A stretch of DNA of 64,000 bases from Octopus sinensis (taxonomy: Eukaryota). The stretch is taken from the NCBI RefSeq assembly GCF_006345805.1, contig NC_042998.1, positions 78,926,001-78,990,000 on the forward strand, in the 5' to 3' direction. Under the pieces are notes generated by a model. The model was not told the origin of the DNA. It saw only the letters and a list, made by a program, of their open reading frames with translations, and did not search any database. A program made the position numbers and the translations under genes. Positions 22,911 to 36,600 of the stretch are shown one piece after another (positions within the stretch are counted from its first letter, which is position 1; each line of letters starts with the position of its first letter).

Positions 22911-24339
22911 GAAACAATTATTCATTATTATGATTTCTTCCTTCTTCCAAAAGCATTTCTCTACAGTTTCCCAGTTGTCACTAATCAAAATTCCTTCCGA
23001 GACCACCATCACCACCACAAATAACAACTACATATACAAATTTGACACATCTTCTAAATGAGGGAATTAGTAGATTATTGTTCTCAGTCTGATATTTTTA
23101 ATCATTATTGCAAAAGCATCTTTTTGCTATAAATGAATTTGTCATTGCAGTCAGCATTATTATTAGCAATATTAGTACTATTTGGTAATGAGCCAGGTGA
23201 AGGGATATTTTCACAGAGCAGATTACTGGGAAGTAAAATCTTAGTGTGTGTGCATGTGGCAAGCAGAAGTCCTTTCCATTGCACTGTTAAAAACTAAAAA
23301 AATAGAGAAGTATGTCGGTAAAACATTTCAGAATCTCTCTGACCTCTCATATTATTCATAGAAAAATAGAACCAGATAAAAAATAATTTTTTAAAAAAAA
23401 CTAGAAGCAAAAAAAAATAAAATGAAAAAAACTGTAAAAATAGGAAGGAAAATGGTAAAAACATGAACATATTACTCTTGTCTTCCTCCAGAGCCACGCA
23501 TGAAGAGCATGAAAAAGAGAAAGTTGTCTATCTATATTGGCCATTTCATGTCTCACCACCTGCCTGACTATCTTCACTACTCTCTCACACCAAAATGCCT
23601 GCTTGTTGTTATATCTAAAATTCCATTGCTGTTGCTGCCTAGGGATTAGATGTTTCAAGTGGTTGCCTTCTGGGTTCTGTTATTGTTCCCCACCACCCCC
23701 GCATCTATGCCTCCTTTTTTTGTTGTTGTTGTTCTTACTCATATGCTATAGGGTTTGAAGAATTCTTTTGCTTATTTTTCAAGAGGACATTGTTTTTGTT
23801 TTTATTTACATTCTTTGACAGAGTGGAACAGAAAAAAACATTGGTACTACTACTACCACCACCACCACAATTAAGTACCACTAAAACAAAGACAACAGTT
23901 GAGAAAGAAACAGAGGAGGTTTGGAGTCGAAGGAAAATAAATATATCCCCACCCATCAAAAATGATAAGCAAATAAATAATACAATAAAAAATTACTAAC
24001 AGAGTTTTCTTAGGTTGAAATAAGATTTTAGCAGAAGGAAAAACAAAAAAATACACTGAGAATTTTTTTAAAGAAAGTACAAAACTATAACATTAAGACC
24101 ATCTACCAATTTGATCAATAAGACACCCCTTAAACTTGGATTTCTTCTGCAACTGACATCATTGCATGCTGTAGCCTACAAACACATATGCACATAGATA
24201 CTACCACAAACACACACACATACTCTGGCCATTGTTGCACTCTCCAGCCTTCAAAAACTACTTTCTCTATCTCCTTATACTTCAAGTCTGTTATTTTTCA
24301 GTCATGTAATGACATATTTTTTTCTTAGACTATTCTTTT

Positions 24340-24505
24340 CCTTCTCTATGAACTTTTTCATCTTTCTGATGACAATCCATGCTCAAAATGTTACATCCCA
24401 CATTTTTTTTTCATCTTAAATTTTCTCTGAGTGTCAGTGTAATATATTCACTGTGTACATCCTTTTGACTTTTGTTGTTTTTCCTGTTTTATTTTTGATT
24501 TGCCT
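24340..24505 (+). mobile_element. Penelope-like terminal repeat fragment (related to 8755-8940)
   Basis: tctttCTGATGA (24366-24372) ...gctc aaaatgtta, then a T-rich tail into (TA)n. Confidence 0.4.
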
Positions 24506-24528
24506 ATATATATATATATATATATATG

Positions 24529-25010
24529 ATAGTTTTTGTGTGTGGCAGATGCACAGGGGCAATAAACACCGAAGTTATACAGAAAACAGATTCCATTACA
24601 TGCCTGGGGGAAAAAACTAAAAGTAGTTGATAACTTCTGTTACCTAGGTAACCAAGTCAGGAGGAGGGGTGGATGTTCTGAGAGCATAGCTGCTAGAATA
24701 AGAATAGCCTGGGCAAAGTTCACAGATTTCCTACCTCTGCTGGTGACAAAGGGCCTCTTGCTCAGAGTGAAAGTTAGACTGTATGGTGCATGTATGTGAA
24801 CAGCCATGCTTATATGGCAGTGAAACATGGGCTGTGACTGCTGAGGACATGATAGGCTTGAAAGAAATGAAGCTGGTATGCTGGACATAAGAAACATCCG
24901 ATGTGGTGTGCAAGAGAGACGACTGTGCTGGTATGGTCCTGTCTTGTGTATGGATGAGGACAGTTGTGTCACACCCTAACAGTGGAGGAAACCTGTAGTA
25001 GAGGTAGACT
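24529..25010 (+). mobile_element. RTE LINE fragment (post-RT region)
   Basis: FVCGRC ... KVVDNFCYLGNQV..GGCSESIAARIRIAWAKF ... YGSETWAVT ... LERNEAGML ... QERRLCWYG. Confidence 0.9.
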
Positions 25011-27069
25011 TGCAAAAAAATGAAAATTTCAAATATTAGGGAATAATACAAAGGTTGATTGAAAAATTGTATATGTATGTTTGATTCACAACAAAAAGAA
25101 GATTCTCTATAGAACAGTTTTATGACACAGATGGTACAATCTTAGCTATACAATAATCTATAATGGTATAAGTGTGTACCTGTACAAAACCACAATGGTA
25201 TAGGTGTGTACCACTCAAAATTATTTACTCTTAGAAATATGTATTGCAACATTGTTGCAAGATTATTACTACCTAATGCTTATAAACTATACACAACATG
25301 TTTGTGATTAGTAAATATGTTTAGAGTGAAAAAATGTTATAAATAACTTACCAAAGCATGATGATAATCACTTAAAAGCAGTCGGTAAATGTGGGGAGTT
25401 TGTACACGTGAGCTTTTTGAGCTATCACTATAGTGTCATACACTCTGGTCATATGTCTGGCGCTACATACTTACCAGAAAAACTGGAGCAGTACTATACT
25501 GCATCACATGAAATGAAAATTTTAAAGGTTTGAGTTGTAAAATTTTTGACTGGTACAAATATGTACCAGCCGGGCTGAAAGGGTTAAGGCATCTTTCTTT
25601 GCTAAAGCTTCTACTCTATCCTCAATGCCTTACCCAATAATTTGGCCTTATAGTTAATTATCATAGAAGTGAGAGACAGGTCTGTGTAATACTCTTCATT
25701 AGTAGTTATATGTATGTTTTATTATCTATCCTATATAAATTCTTAATTCTGTCTAAGAAGAAATTAAAGTTCATTCTGAATTTTTAAGTTTTTGTATGTC
25801 TAAAGGTGCAGAGGATTTACAGTATCATAGCTTGGGTGTGATGCCTAAGAGATTCACTTCAAAGGTTTCCAGCTTCTCAATTCTGGGTGCGACTGTTCTA
25901 GACCTAATTCTGAAGTCTTCAGAATCTACTGGTGCTTGTACATGCTCATAGAAGAACTCTTGTGGTTTTTGACTGTCTTTTCATCTCTAATTTTTCCCGA
26001 TGTTGTATTTTCAAAGATCCAGTAAAAAAGAGCCCAAGCCTATACTTTTTCATTCAGCCATGTCTGATGACTGTTAATTTACTTTCCACACTTGAAAAGG
26101 TTCTTCAACCCCAAACTATTTAGTAACATGAGTTGGATGTTATGAGACTAAGTTCATAATACTGTAGAAATAATAGTCCCACTCTGTTTAATATACAAGT
26201 GCTTATTCTCTCTGACTAATGGAAACTTATTAGACAACAGTATTTATATCAGCTATATACTTCCTTACTAGTTCCAGACTAGTTGCTATCAAATTACACC
26301 AAACTGTTATGTGCAACCACCTTGATGTATGCACTTGTTAGCTTAGTGGTAAAATGTTATAAAAAGTTCAAAAAACTTCAAATTACTTTGCTACTAAAAG
26401 CATCATGAATTGTCACATAATTAAACCATAGTATTTAATTTTTTTTAAATATACTGTTTGGTAAAAAAAGATCTTGTCAAAACCTGCTTCAGACCAGTCA
26501 GAAACATCTAGTTCAAGATGTGGTATCTGAGCTCCTTTTGTTCTATGAAAGTTAAAACCTAGGTAGACAGCTGTAGTGAGCAACAGACAACAATATTCAG
26601 AACAAAATAAGACAGAAGAAACTTCATGCCATCTTCCCCCTTGAAGCAATGCTGGATAGACATGCTACAGCTTAATTCTGTTCTTTAGTAACTTTAGTTG
26701 CTTTTTAACAATGAGCAACTCATCAATCAATACATGTTACATAGGACTAACATGGAATTATTGAGGTACACTTTCATATAGGTATTTTCTTTGCAGTGAC
26801 TTTTCTTCTTTTTGCTCTTATGTTCATTCAGTGTCAACATTAGAACTGTAAATTTGATATATATGCAACTAATTCTACCTTCAATGGAATTCATTGGAAA
26901 CATAGTTTTCCAGTAATATATGTAAAAGAATAAATGAAGGTTTAGAGAGAATTCTGGTCTTGCTTTTTTGGTTTTTCTTGATTTAACACCCACAGCAGCA
27001 TTATCTGCAACCATATCAGCTTCTGTTTCTTACACACATGCACACTGATACAAGCCTGCATGCATGCTG

Positions 27070-27225
27070 ACTTCTTTCAGTTTATGTCAACTAAATCCAC
27101 TGACAAGCCTTTAATCAACCGAGGAGTATAGTAGAAGACACTTGACCAAGGCACCATGAAGCTGGACTGAACCTGAAACCATATGGTTGGGAAGAGAACT
27201 CCTTAACCACACAACAATGCATGGT
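27070..27225 (-). mobile_element. SINE family A 5' part
   Basis: cttctttcagttt ... tagtagaagacacttg.ccaagg ... gactgaacctgaaacca. Confidence 0.7.
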
Positions 27226-27235
27226 TGTATGTATC

Positions 27236-27275
<40 letters not shown>

Positions 27276-27439
27276 TGTGTGTGTATATATATTGCTTCCC
27301 CAATATAGAGTCAATAATACTCATTCACACTAAACATAAACACACCAGAAACACCCTTGAAAGACAATGCAACTGTAGATCCCCAAACTGCTGCCATATT
27401 AACAACAACTGCAAACAGGCATACATGAGACAATAATTA

Positions 27440-28600
27440 CAAAGGTCAGCTGAAAAATTCATAGGCTGACCAAGATACTCTCATGGAATGTGACCAAATC
27501 AGGCTTACTTTTCCACATAGCCCTCCTTGCAGCCAACACATTTCTTACATCATTATTGCAGTGCTTGGATCCCATTGATAGAGAAGCTTTCATCCTGTTG
27601 CTCAAAAAAGTCATCAACAGCAGATATGACATCATCATCACTGCAATACTGGTTCCCAGCCAGGTGTTTTTTCTTGTTGGGGAACAGATGATAGCCAAAT
27701 AATACCAAATCAGGAGAATAGGGAGGTTGATCAACCAGTTCAAAGCCACAGTCACTCACAGTCGTCAGTGAAACCAAAGACTTGTGTGCTGGAGTATTGT
27801 CTTCAATAAGCAAGACCCCTTTCATCAGTTTCCCTGGGTGTTTGATCTTGATAGCCTTTTATAACTGCCTCAGGGTGTTTTCACAACTTTTATAACTGCA
27901 AGGGGTGTTTTCACTACAAGGATTATCTCTGACTCAAAGTGATGAACCCAACACTCATCTTGGGTTACAAAACATTGAAGGAAACCAGCTGGATCTACCT
28001 CAAACAACATAAGATTTTCCTGTGATTTAATCAGGCTGGTGCGCTTCTGATCAGGTGTCAGAAGACCCACCAAGCAGAAACTGTCTTTCCAAGTTCGTTG
28101 TACAAAACATTCTCAACTCTCTTACAGGATATGCTAATAGCATTGGCTGTTTGATTTATAGTCAATCACCTGTCCTCTATCAGCACATGATGAACACAAT
28201 CAATGTTTTCTTCCATGGTGGCAGTTGCAGGATGTCCAGACAATGAGTCATCTTCAAGACTTTCCATTCTCCTACTAAATTCAGCTGCCCACTTTTGCCT
28301 TGTTGATAAAATTGTAACATCATGCTCTAATGTAGCAGCCATGTCAGCATGAATGTCCTTAAGGGAATAAATTCATTTTAGTAGATAATTCTTAATGCCA
28401 CGATACCAAAATTTGTCGATTTTTAAGAGAAATCACTACTCATTACTATTAAAGTCTACTTTGGACAGTGAGATGTCAGTTTATCTGGATAGAAACAATG
28501 CAGTTATCAATATGAAGATTTGAAATTAAAGCATGCAAGATTTCACAGCTCTAGCATTACTTCTTCATAGTCAACCAATGAAATTTTCAGTCCACCCTCA
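27440..28600 (-). mobile_element. Full-length decayed mariner (DD34D) transposon, TA TSD
   Basis: Minus-strand motifs VGLLTPDQKR (WVPRLL), VTQDECWVHH (TGDETW), EDNTPAH (DNAPAH) and PPYSPDL. TIRs at about 27440-27470 and 28570-28600, with flanking TA at 27438-27439 and 28601-28602. Confidence 0.92.
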
Positions 28601-28824
28601 TATACACAGCGAGTGAGGATGAGTGACATTCTGAAGAAAATATTCAGTTTTCAGCTGGAAGACATTAACATTTTATGCTTCATGCTTGTTGATAATATTT
28701 TTGATTATTTGTAAAAACTTGTAACATTTCATATAAGTGAATTACTGTCATCTGTAAATTGTTTGTTCGAATCAAATTTTCATTAAATAATACACAAACG
28801 CACACACACACACACATATGTATG

Positions 28825-28873
<49 letters not shown>

Positions 28874-29295
28874 TCTGTGTATTTGCGTGTCTTACACTTT
28901 GTTGCCATTATACTATTTCACAAAGAACAATCTTAGCAAATGAAATATAGAATATTGTTATTTGTCATGTTTTTTTCTCTTTTTCCTCCTCATTATCATT
29001 ATTGGCATTATCAAAGAGAAGGACATGATGATGACGATGATGATGATGATCATCATCATCATCATAACCACCATCATCACAGTTGCTAAGCTTTACTGAT
29101 CCATATCCAATTAGTCTCCTAATATTATGTCAGATTGCACTTAATTTAGGCTGTCTGTCTATCTATCTATCTATCTATCCATCTAGTCCAGCATGCATAA
29201 TAGTTGTGGCAACATTACATGTACTGAAATGCCAGCCAGGAAGCTGGGATATAAATGGCCAAATTCCAGGCTGAGAATACGCACGCACACACACA

Positions 29296-29326
<31 letters not shown>

Positions 29327-29589
29327 CACAATGATAGTGAATAAATACCCTGAGAGATCTGTCTGAAAACTGAATAATAAAAATGTAGGTTAACCTATTT
29401 GTTGTAGTAAACAAAAAAAATTCTAATTAATTAACATTATACTCTAAAAATAAGCACAACATTTTTTTCAAATTACTAATCCTGGCCAATAAAGGCAGAT
29501 AGCAACAGCTCTAAAAATTATTTTAATTTATTCAAATTCTATCTATAAAGCAGTATGAACGAGTTTGATCTTTAATACTAGTGCAATTA

Positions 29590-30000
29590 CTCTAGATATG
29601 TTTCAGTGTTATTGGGCCTCATCTGCAAAGCATAGTTTAACTGTTACTGCACATCATCAATGACTTGAGAAGTGTATAGGACTTTTGAATGAATACAATA
29701 TATTTTTGTTACTTAAAAGAATGTCTGAGAGATAACGTACCCAGAAATATCTGCTACAAGAAAAGTAAAAAAAAAAAGTAGTGGGCCTGAACTTACTTGA
29801 TGTAGTAAGTCAGTAGTTTAGATTTAAATGAAATTACACATTTAGTGATGAAGAGTTTACTAAGTTTTCATGCAGAAAATATTCCTTGGCATTTACTCTC
29901 CAATGCTTCTTTTTATTTATCATGTCACTTAGTGTTCATTCAGAAAATACTCTTTACTTCTCTGTTCAATTTAAGATCTGCAATAATGATTAGCCTGTAC
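29590..30000 (-). mobile_element. Possible Penelope-like 3' remnant with decayed hammerhead at about 29592-29630
   Basis: Minus strand cAGATGA ggcccaataacact GAAACATATC, preceded by an INK(K)EALESKC-like peptide (cf. LNKRSEL.SKC). Confidence 0.3.
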
Positions 30001-30149
30001 TTTGCTAAAGATGTTTGATAACACTGAAACATTTCCAGAATTGCTAAAGATCAAACTTACTCTTTTTAATTTTGTTAATTAAAATTTCTTGGCTTACTAC
30101 ATCAAATATGTTAACACCCACTTCACTTTACACACACATGCACATGCAC

Positions 30150-30189
<40 letters not shown>

Positions 30190-31059
30190 TTATAAAATTA
30201 TATATTAGGGTATCTACCAGATACCACCATGCTGAAAATAGCAGCCATGATCTGACTCTAAAACCATCTTAATTTTCCATATACCAACACGGAGAGAAAA
30301 CGAAGAGACAAGATGAAACTAATACCCTAATTTATAATTGCAATAATTATTACCATTGAAGGTTATTTTTTCCATGCTGGCCACTCTGATAAAATCATTA
30401 TTTTATTTTAAATTAACGATCTTATCCTTATTTATATAAATTTATATATACTTATATATATTTACATGTAGTTAAATATGTATCTGGTCATAGAGTAACC
30501 AGTGGTTTCTCATCCACTCATTAAATTCTAACACTATTAGAGTCTGACTAAGTCACCTATAAAGCTAATGCTTTATGGATGTGAAACCATTGGTCACTCT
30601 AAGACTGGACGTATATTTAACTACATGTAAATACATTACTGCTCTATGCTTTAGAGAGTGCTTCTTTTTCAGGTATATGATCCGCTGACTATACATATAC
30701 ATGTCCATGAAATGCAATGATAAGTAAAAGCTAACAAGGATACTTCTACATACAACATAGTTATTCATCTTCCTACCTCTCCCTTAAATTGACCATCTTA
30801 AAAGTGAAGGACACATTAGATAATAGAATCCTAGATACTTGTAAAATGACATGATGGTCATGTTTGGATGCTTTTGATGATAGGTCTGCTCAAACAGCTC
30901 CACCTGGAGCTAAACAACAAAATCTTTAAATGACACCTCAGCATTACTCACAAGTGGAACCACTTGGAATGGTTTGTCTCGATCCCTTGAGTTCATATAG
31001 TCTTTGATTCTTTTGACTTGGTAACATAATTTACTATTTCTTGTGCTTTAAACTAGAAG

Positions 31060-31185
31060 GACACCCAGCCCTAGAAACCATTCCAAAGCAGACAGTAGAG
31101 CTTGTCACAGTCCCCTGGTTCAACAGCTCCTATCAAAGCATCCAACTCATGCCAGCATGGAAAGCAGGCATTAAGTGATGATGAT
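31060..31185 (+). mobile_element. Family D 3' fragment
   Basis: catgccagcatggaaagcagg.attaagtgatgatgat. Confidence 0.65.
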
Positions 31186-31263
31186 ATGCATGCATGTAGT
31201 GCACACACACACACACACACGAGTAGGAAATTAATGATTAAAAATATATCAGTAAACCTACTA

Positions 31264-31489
31264 ACAAGATGCAGTTTATAGCATTTGTTCCCTATGTACA
31301 TTTCACCATTTTTTAGTTATTTGCATTGATCTGACTATTTGATTTATGGTAGCAATACAATAAAGTATTCCCCTGATGATCTTTTGTGGTTCAGCATCCA
31401 TTTTTACATAGAACATCTAATGCAAAAGATGCAAATAGCCACATAGGTGAAACATATGTAGGGAACAAATGATACAGGTTGTATCTTGT
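31264..31489. mobile_element. MITE with about 45-bp imperfect TIRs
   Basis: acaagatgcag...catttgttccctatgtacatttcacc versus ggtgaaacatatgtagggaacaaatg...gtatcttgt. Confidence 0.6.
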
Positions 31490-31518
31490 GTTTATCATAA
31501 CTTTTTATATGTATGTAT

Positions 31519-31785
31519 TGTGAAGGAGATGACTGAGGACTGAAATATATGGCACATTGCTGTACTCAAGAAGACCCACCCACCACAGCAGAATTGATAT
31601 CCTAAAACCAAGTATTAGTGTGCCATGTAAAAAGCACCCAGTACACTCTTTGAAGTGGTTGGCATTACAAAGGGTGTCCAGCTTAAAAAAGAAAACCAAG
31701 CCGAAACAAACTATGCTAGTCCCTAACCGGCCATCCAACCCATACCAACAGGGAAAACAGATATTAAATTGTGATTCTGGTGATG
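31519..31785 (+). mobile_element. RTE 3' end / family D, degenerate
   Basis: gctgtactcaagaagacc ... gtggttggcattacaaagggtgtccagc ... ccatccaaccc. Confidence 0.6.
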
Positions 31786-32144
31786 TAAATATGTGTACAT
31801 ACATATTCTTTATCTTCTTAATATATGTTGTGGAAGGATCCTGACCACCCCCATGTGGCCAAAAGTGGACATGCATTTCAATAAAATAAAGAAACTGTGT
31901 GAACTGTTGGTAGTTAATAGCATTTATAATTTGGTTTGGATTACTGTGTTAGTGTAATATCATACGTACCTTCGTTTGGCATAGTACAGAGCACATTCTA
32001 TGTGAACATATTTCTGTGAAAGATTATTCTAGATAAACATATCCAAATATTTATTTGGGTAATATTATTCCTACACCCTTGTGCAAACCCCAATGTCGCC
32101 ATAACATTATTGGCAATGAGATATTCAAACGCCCAAAGACATAA

Positions 32145-32544
32145 CAATGCATGAAGTGAAAGTATGTGTGCATATCTATGTATGTTCCAAGTTGAGGGCC
32201 ACAATTTTGCACTGTGGTAGCTGAAATTTGGCACAGAGATGCATCTTGTCAAGATGATGGTCATAAGTTATGTCACTTCTTAGTTTCTTCTATACAGTTT
32301 TTTTTTGGTTTTGGTTTTCCTTTTTTTTTTTTTTTTTATGTGGGTGAAGACATTATTATGAAGCTCAACCTAAAGCATCTTCTGCATTGCTTGGATACAA
32401 CAATTTTGAGCAAATTAACATTCCCAGACCAACAGAAGATTGTCAGCACCTTTTCAAAGCATTTTATCCGAAACGAAATGAATTAGTGTAATTGTGTTTA
32501 CTTTAAATTTTATATACCCTGGGAAGGTCAGGTACTACTTCTAG
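32145..32544 (+). mobile_element. Non-autonomous Helitron-like element
   Basis: Internal ctgaaatttggcacagaga; 3' hairpin taccctg..caggta followed by CTAG|T. Confidence 0.5.
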
Positions 32545-33344
32545 TGTGTGTGTGTGTGAGAGAGAGAGAGAGTGTGTGTGTGTGTGTGTGTGTGTACATA
32601 CATACACACAAACACACATAAACACATCTAAATCTACATAACTACTTATTCATTAAATGCCTATCTTTCCACCCTTTCTCTTCAGCCCGCATTTCTATGT
32701 TTTTGTCTGTCTTCATAAACTTACTACGTGCACACACACACTCACTCTCACACACACACACACACACACCTTCTATGAAATGCACCAAAAGAATGCTGCT
32801 GCCAGCTTGCCAAGAAATGAGATTACAAAGAGATTTCTGTAGAAAGACTGGCAAAAGTGCTGTATCAAAAATATCTTATTGAGGTGAAGTTGTTTTCAAA
32901 TGGAATAATTGGAGGAGACTGAAGGATATTGTTTGTGTGCATGTGTGTATGTATACATGTGTGTGTGTGTGTGTATGTGTATGCATGTCTGTGCAAACTG
33001 TACTGAATATTTTCTTTTGAGTACATTTTCATCTGTGCAATGTTATTTCCTTTTGTTCTCTTGTTAGTAATAAGGATAATGATTTCTTAACTGGTGGTAG
33101 TGAAGAGGTGGAAGAGGAGACTTTTGATTAAGAAGAGAGCCAACTTTTGTGCGAGGTGGGGAAGGTATAATATATTAAATCCACCAAGCATATTACGGGT
33201 AGAGATGTGACACATATAGATTATTTTCTTGTTTATTTCTAGACTTGGTAGTACATATTTTATAACTGGAACAATGCGAAGAAGTTGAGTATAGCTTCTG
33301 CACAATAATGACATTTAAGTTTATGAAGTGTTCCGTATTTTTGC

Positions 33345-34185
33345 TGCAAGCACAATTGCTTTGTAGTTAAGGCTTTTGAGTCATGATCATAAGGTTGTGG
33401 GTTTGATTCCCAAGCTGGGCAACACTTCATTTTATGTACTTCAAGTATATAATATTCATCAGATTGAGAAGGCAGTCCATATAAGAGAAGAAAATCTCTG
33501 ATTTCTAACCTCAGCTGCTTTGTGGCCATACCCAGTTACAGACAACACTTCAGGAGAGAATTTTGAAGATGAATCTGGAGTCAGTTTATGATAACCTATG
33601 AACTCATTTAGGCAGCTCCTGTGACAACAGTAACAAACTGTTCCATCTCTGCCATTCCTTTGGATTTGCCAGTGATATGATGAGAGTATGAGCAACCACT
33701 CTATAACACCACCCTATCTTGCATGAACATAATATAGCCACTCTTCAGGAAGCAGGGCTACTTGAGACTGGTGCACTAAGGAAAAAAAGAGTATTTCAAG
33801 ACATTATTAAGGTACTTGAGCTAGATCAGAGCAAGACAACACCCTCTGTTAAAATGAAGGCAAGGATGATGACTACAATTTCAAAGGCATCTTTTTCTTC
33901 AACAACATTGGTAAAACCCTTGTTCAGGTCATCTTGTATTACCTTCAGAAGCCAGCAGAATATTTATATCCAGTCATAGTTCAGATTCAAGGTTGAAAGA
34001 TCAATAGCAGATATGGTTTTCTTTCTTTATGAACTGCAAGCGAAGTGACAAAAACAGAAAATGCCCTTGTATGATCTACCTACATGTTAGATGGTAGTCT
34101 CTTCTGTTTATTTCAAGTGCCACAATAAAATTATGTAGTCCACTCATGAAAGACATGCTGTTTGCTGATGATGTAGCAATTGCTA
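33345..34185 (+). mobile_element. SINE-B-like tRNA head joined to RTE 5' UTR/endonuclease start, then RT fragments
   Basis: Head with gggtttgattccc B box; aaggcagtccat...aaatctctgatt..aacctc UTR; NIATLQEAGLLETGALRKK (cf. IAALQETRL); RSIADMVF ... DMLFADDVAI. Confidence 0.6.
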
Positions 34186-36426
34186 GAGTTTGTCTCTCCC
34201 ACATTGGGTTTCTCAATCACAAGCAATGCTGCTCCAATCAAACAAAAACCTAAAACAAAAAGATACAACCCATAGTCAATCACGTCCAAAAGAAACAAAA
34301 TTAAAGTTTATTATTGTTTAGATTCTGGTCATCTCTCATCAACCAAATCTATGCTCATATTCCATTTGTGACCATCCTATTTTTGTTTATTGTTGGCATA
34401 TCTAGAAGGGCATTACTTGATGTATTCCTCGTTTTCTAAGATACTAAATTGGTTAAATTTCTAGCAAATTGAGCAAATCCATAGAGACACTCTTTGCTAG
34501 GTACTTTATAGGTTATGTGATAATCAGCTGAAGATTTGCTGGCTTATAGCCTTTCATTGATGTTGCAATATGACCAAGACATTTAAATTTCCTAAATCCT
34601 AGTATACCAACTTACATGCAAGTACACCAGAGTGAGCTTCCATAGTATTAGAGTGCTGAGTTCAGTTTTCCCTATAAGAAATATTTGTCTATTGTCTGCA
34701 ATCCACTGCTTTATGAAGGTTCCTTACAGAAACTGTTTTTCAAAATATATTATTGATATTTTTATCACACTCTTGTGTGTGATAATCACTGGCTCAAGAG
34801 GTTCCTTTGTTGGCTTGGAAGGGTTTTGTTGACACATAGCTTTAGAGTTGTAATGAGAGAAGAAAATTTGGCTTCATTCATTTATTCATTCATTCATTAA
34901 AGAAAAAAATAAAGCTGTGCTGTGAAAATTGAGTTGCACAGGCTTACAAAGACTACTTGCTCTAAACATTTCAGTCTGACAAAAAGTTTACAACAGATGT
35001 TTAAAATCCACTGTGTTTTCATGGGCTGATGAGGTTGTTGACTTTTGTCTAGATGTTTCAGGCATCTGTTATTCTAACAGGTTTGTTGTGATGCAACTCT
35101 TCAAATATTTCTTGTATTTTCATAGCTTCTCTGGTGTTACCCATGTATAACTTCTCTCCATCTGATTATGTAATTGATTGCAAAATAGTGTGTGGTACCT
35201 CTATCCCGATGACTTACACATCTATTTTGATATGCTTTGAATGTGTCTATTCTGGAGTAAAAGCTTTTACTTAGAAGTTTCAAACCTTCTTTTGTTAGAT
35301 GGATTAATTACATCTGTTGGAACATAACTTTAGATATTATACTTGCCTTCTTTTTCAAATTTTGTGATCAAGCTATGAAACTTTCTCAGTAGATACATAC
35401 TTAACTAAAACCTTAGTTATGCTACCACTTGACCAACCAAATTCCTTACAGTATAGCTTAACCACTTGCTAACTTACATGCCATACCTAGCTAAAATTAC
35501 TGAAAGAATTATTGAAGTGAATGAAGTTTCTTAAAAATAGCTCATGCTATATTCATTTTGACACTATGAAGCTTTTATAAAGATTTAGTGCATCTAACGC
35601 TTACTGTTAAATGCACAAACAGCGATGGTGGTTAGGGCGATGATGGTGGTGGTGATCACTGTGTTGGGGAAAAACAATTTATGCTAAATTTGAATTGGGA
35701 CCATGTGTCTTTTACAGCTGCAGCAAAGGGAATAATAAGAAATATGGAACACTTCAAGCAGCAGTAGATGCTTATTTTATGAGACAAAAGGTTCAGTAAC
35801 AACTGTTTTGTGATATAGATCCAGATAAATCAACGGAAGGCATTTAAATGTAGCTGACAAGAAAGAAATAAGACATTGAGAAAAACAAATGGTTTTTTGA
35901 AGAGTTGTTGTCGTAAGTTCTCACTTACATGAGACGAATGTTGAAATTACATTTTCCAACACTGCTCTCTGCTGCATGTATCATGCTGCACTGCTGGGGC
36001 CTCCCTTTCAGTCATCTAATTAAAGTGTTCAAGTTCTTTTGGGGTTAAGAGATGTCACTCCAAACTCATTAAATGTTTCAATGAAAGAAATATATAAACC
36101 TACATTGCATGTTTTTTATTTATATATTTTAGGTAATTGTTGTTCTCATTATCATCATTATTATTATTATTATTATTGCATTTCTATAGAAGAAATTTTA
36201 GATTATTTTTGTTTTGGTTTTTTATTTCTTTTTCTTTTTGGTGTCGGAGAAGGGTTAAGATGAGATTTAAGAACTTGTCTTATTTCTAGTTGCAATGTAA
36301 AATCTGTGACATGCAATACAATAAAATACTGCTGAGCAAAATAATTTAATGCCATGTGGATATGGCAGGCAGAAACAGCATTGGTAACAAATGTGGTAAA
36401 TATTATGCTTGTAAGATGGATATATT

Positions 36427-36600
36427 ATCATCATCATCATGATTGCATCTGTTTTTTATGCTGACTTGGGTTGGATTGTTAAGATTTTATAGACCATAGG
36501 AACATGTTTTCTTCCAGTGTCTCTGTTATGATATGGTTTCTACAGCTAGGTGCCTTTCCTGATGTCAACCGCTTTGCAGAGTGTATAAAGTACACTAGTG
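36427..36600 (-). mobile_element. Degenerate family D
   Basis: (CAT)n ... ggtttctacagctaggtgcctttcctgatgtcaacc. Confidence 0.55.

Noticed and set aside
23400-23750. Possible minus-strand terminal exon (HMSKNNNNKKGG...)
   Set aside because: Weak acceptor, low complexity, no recognisable homology.
25900-27014. Possible decayed transposase on the minus strand
   Set aside because: Only vague motif resemblance.
35718-36020. Splice-like signals on both strands
   Set aside because: All frames hit stop codons; cannot support an exon without transcripts.
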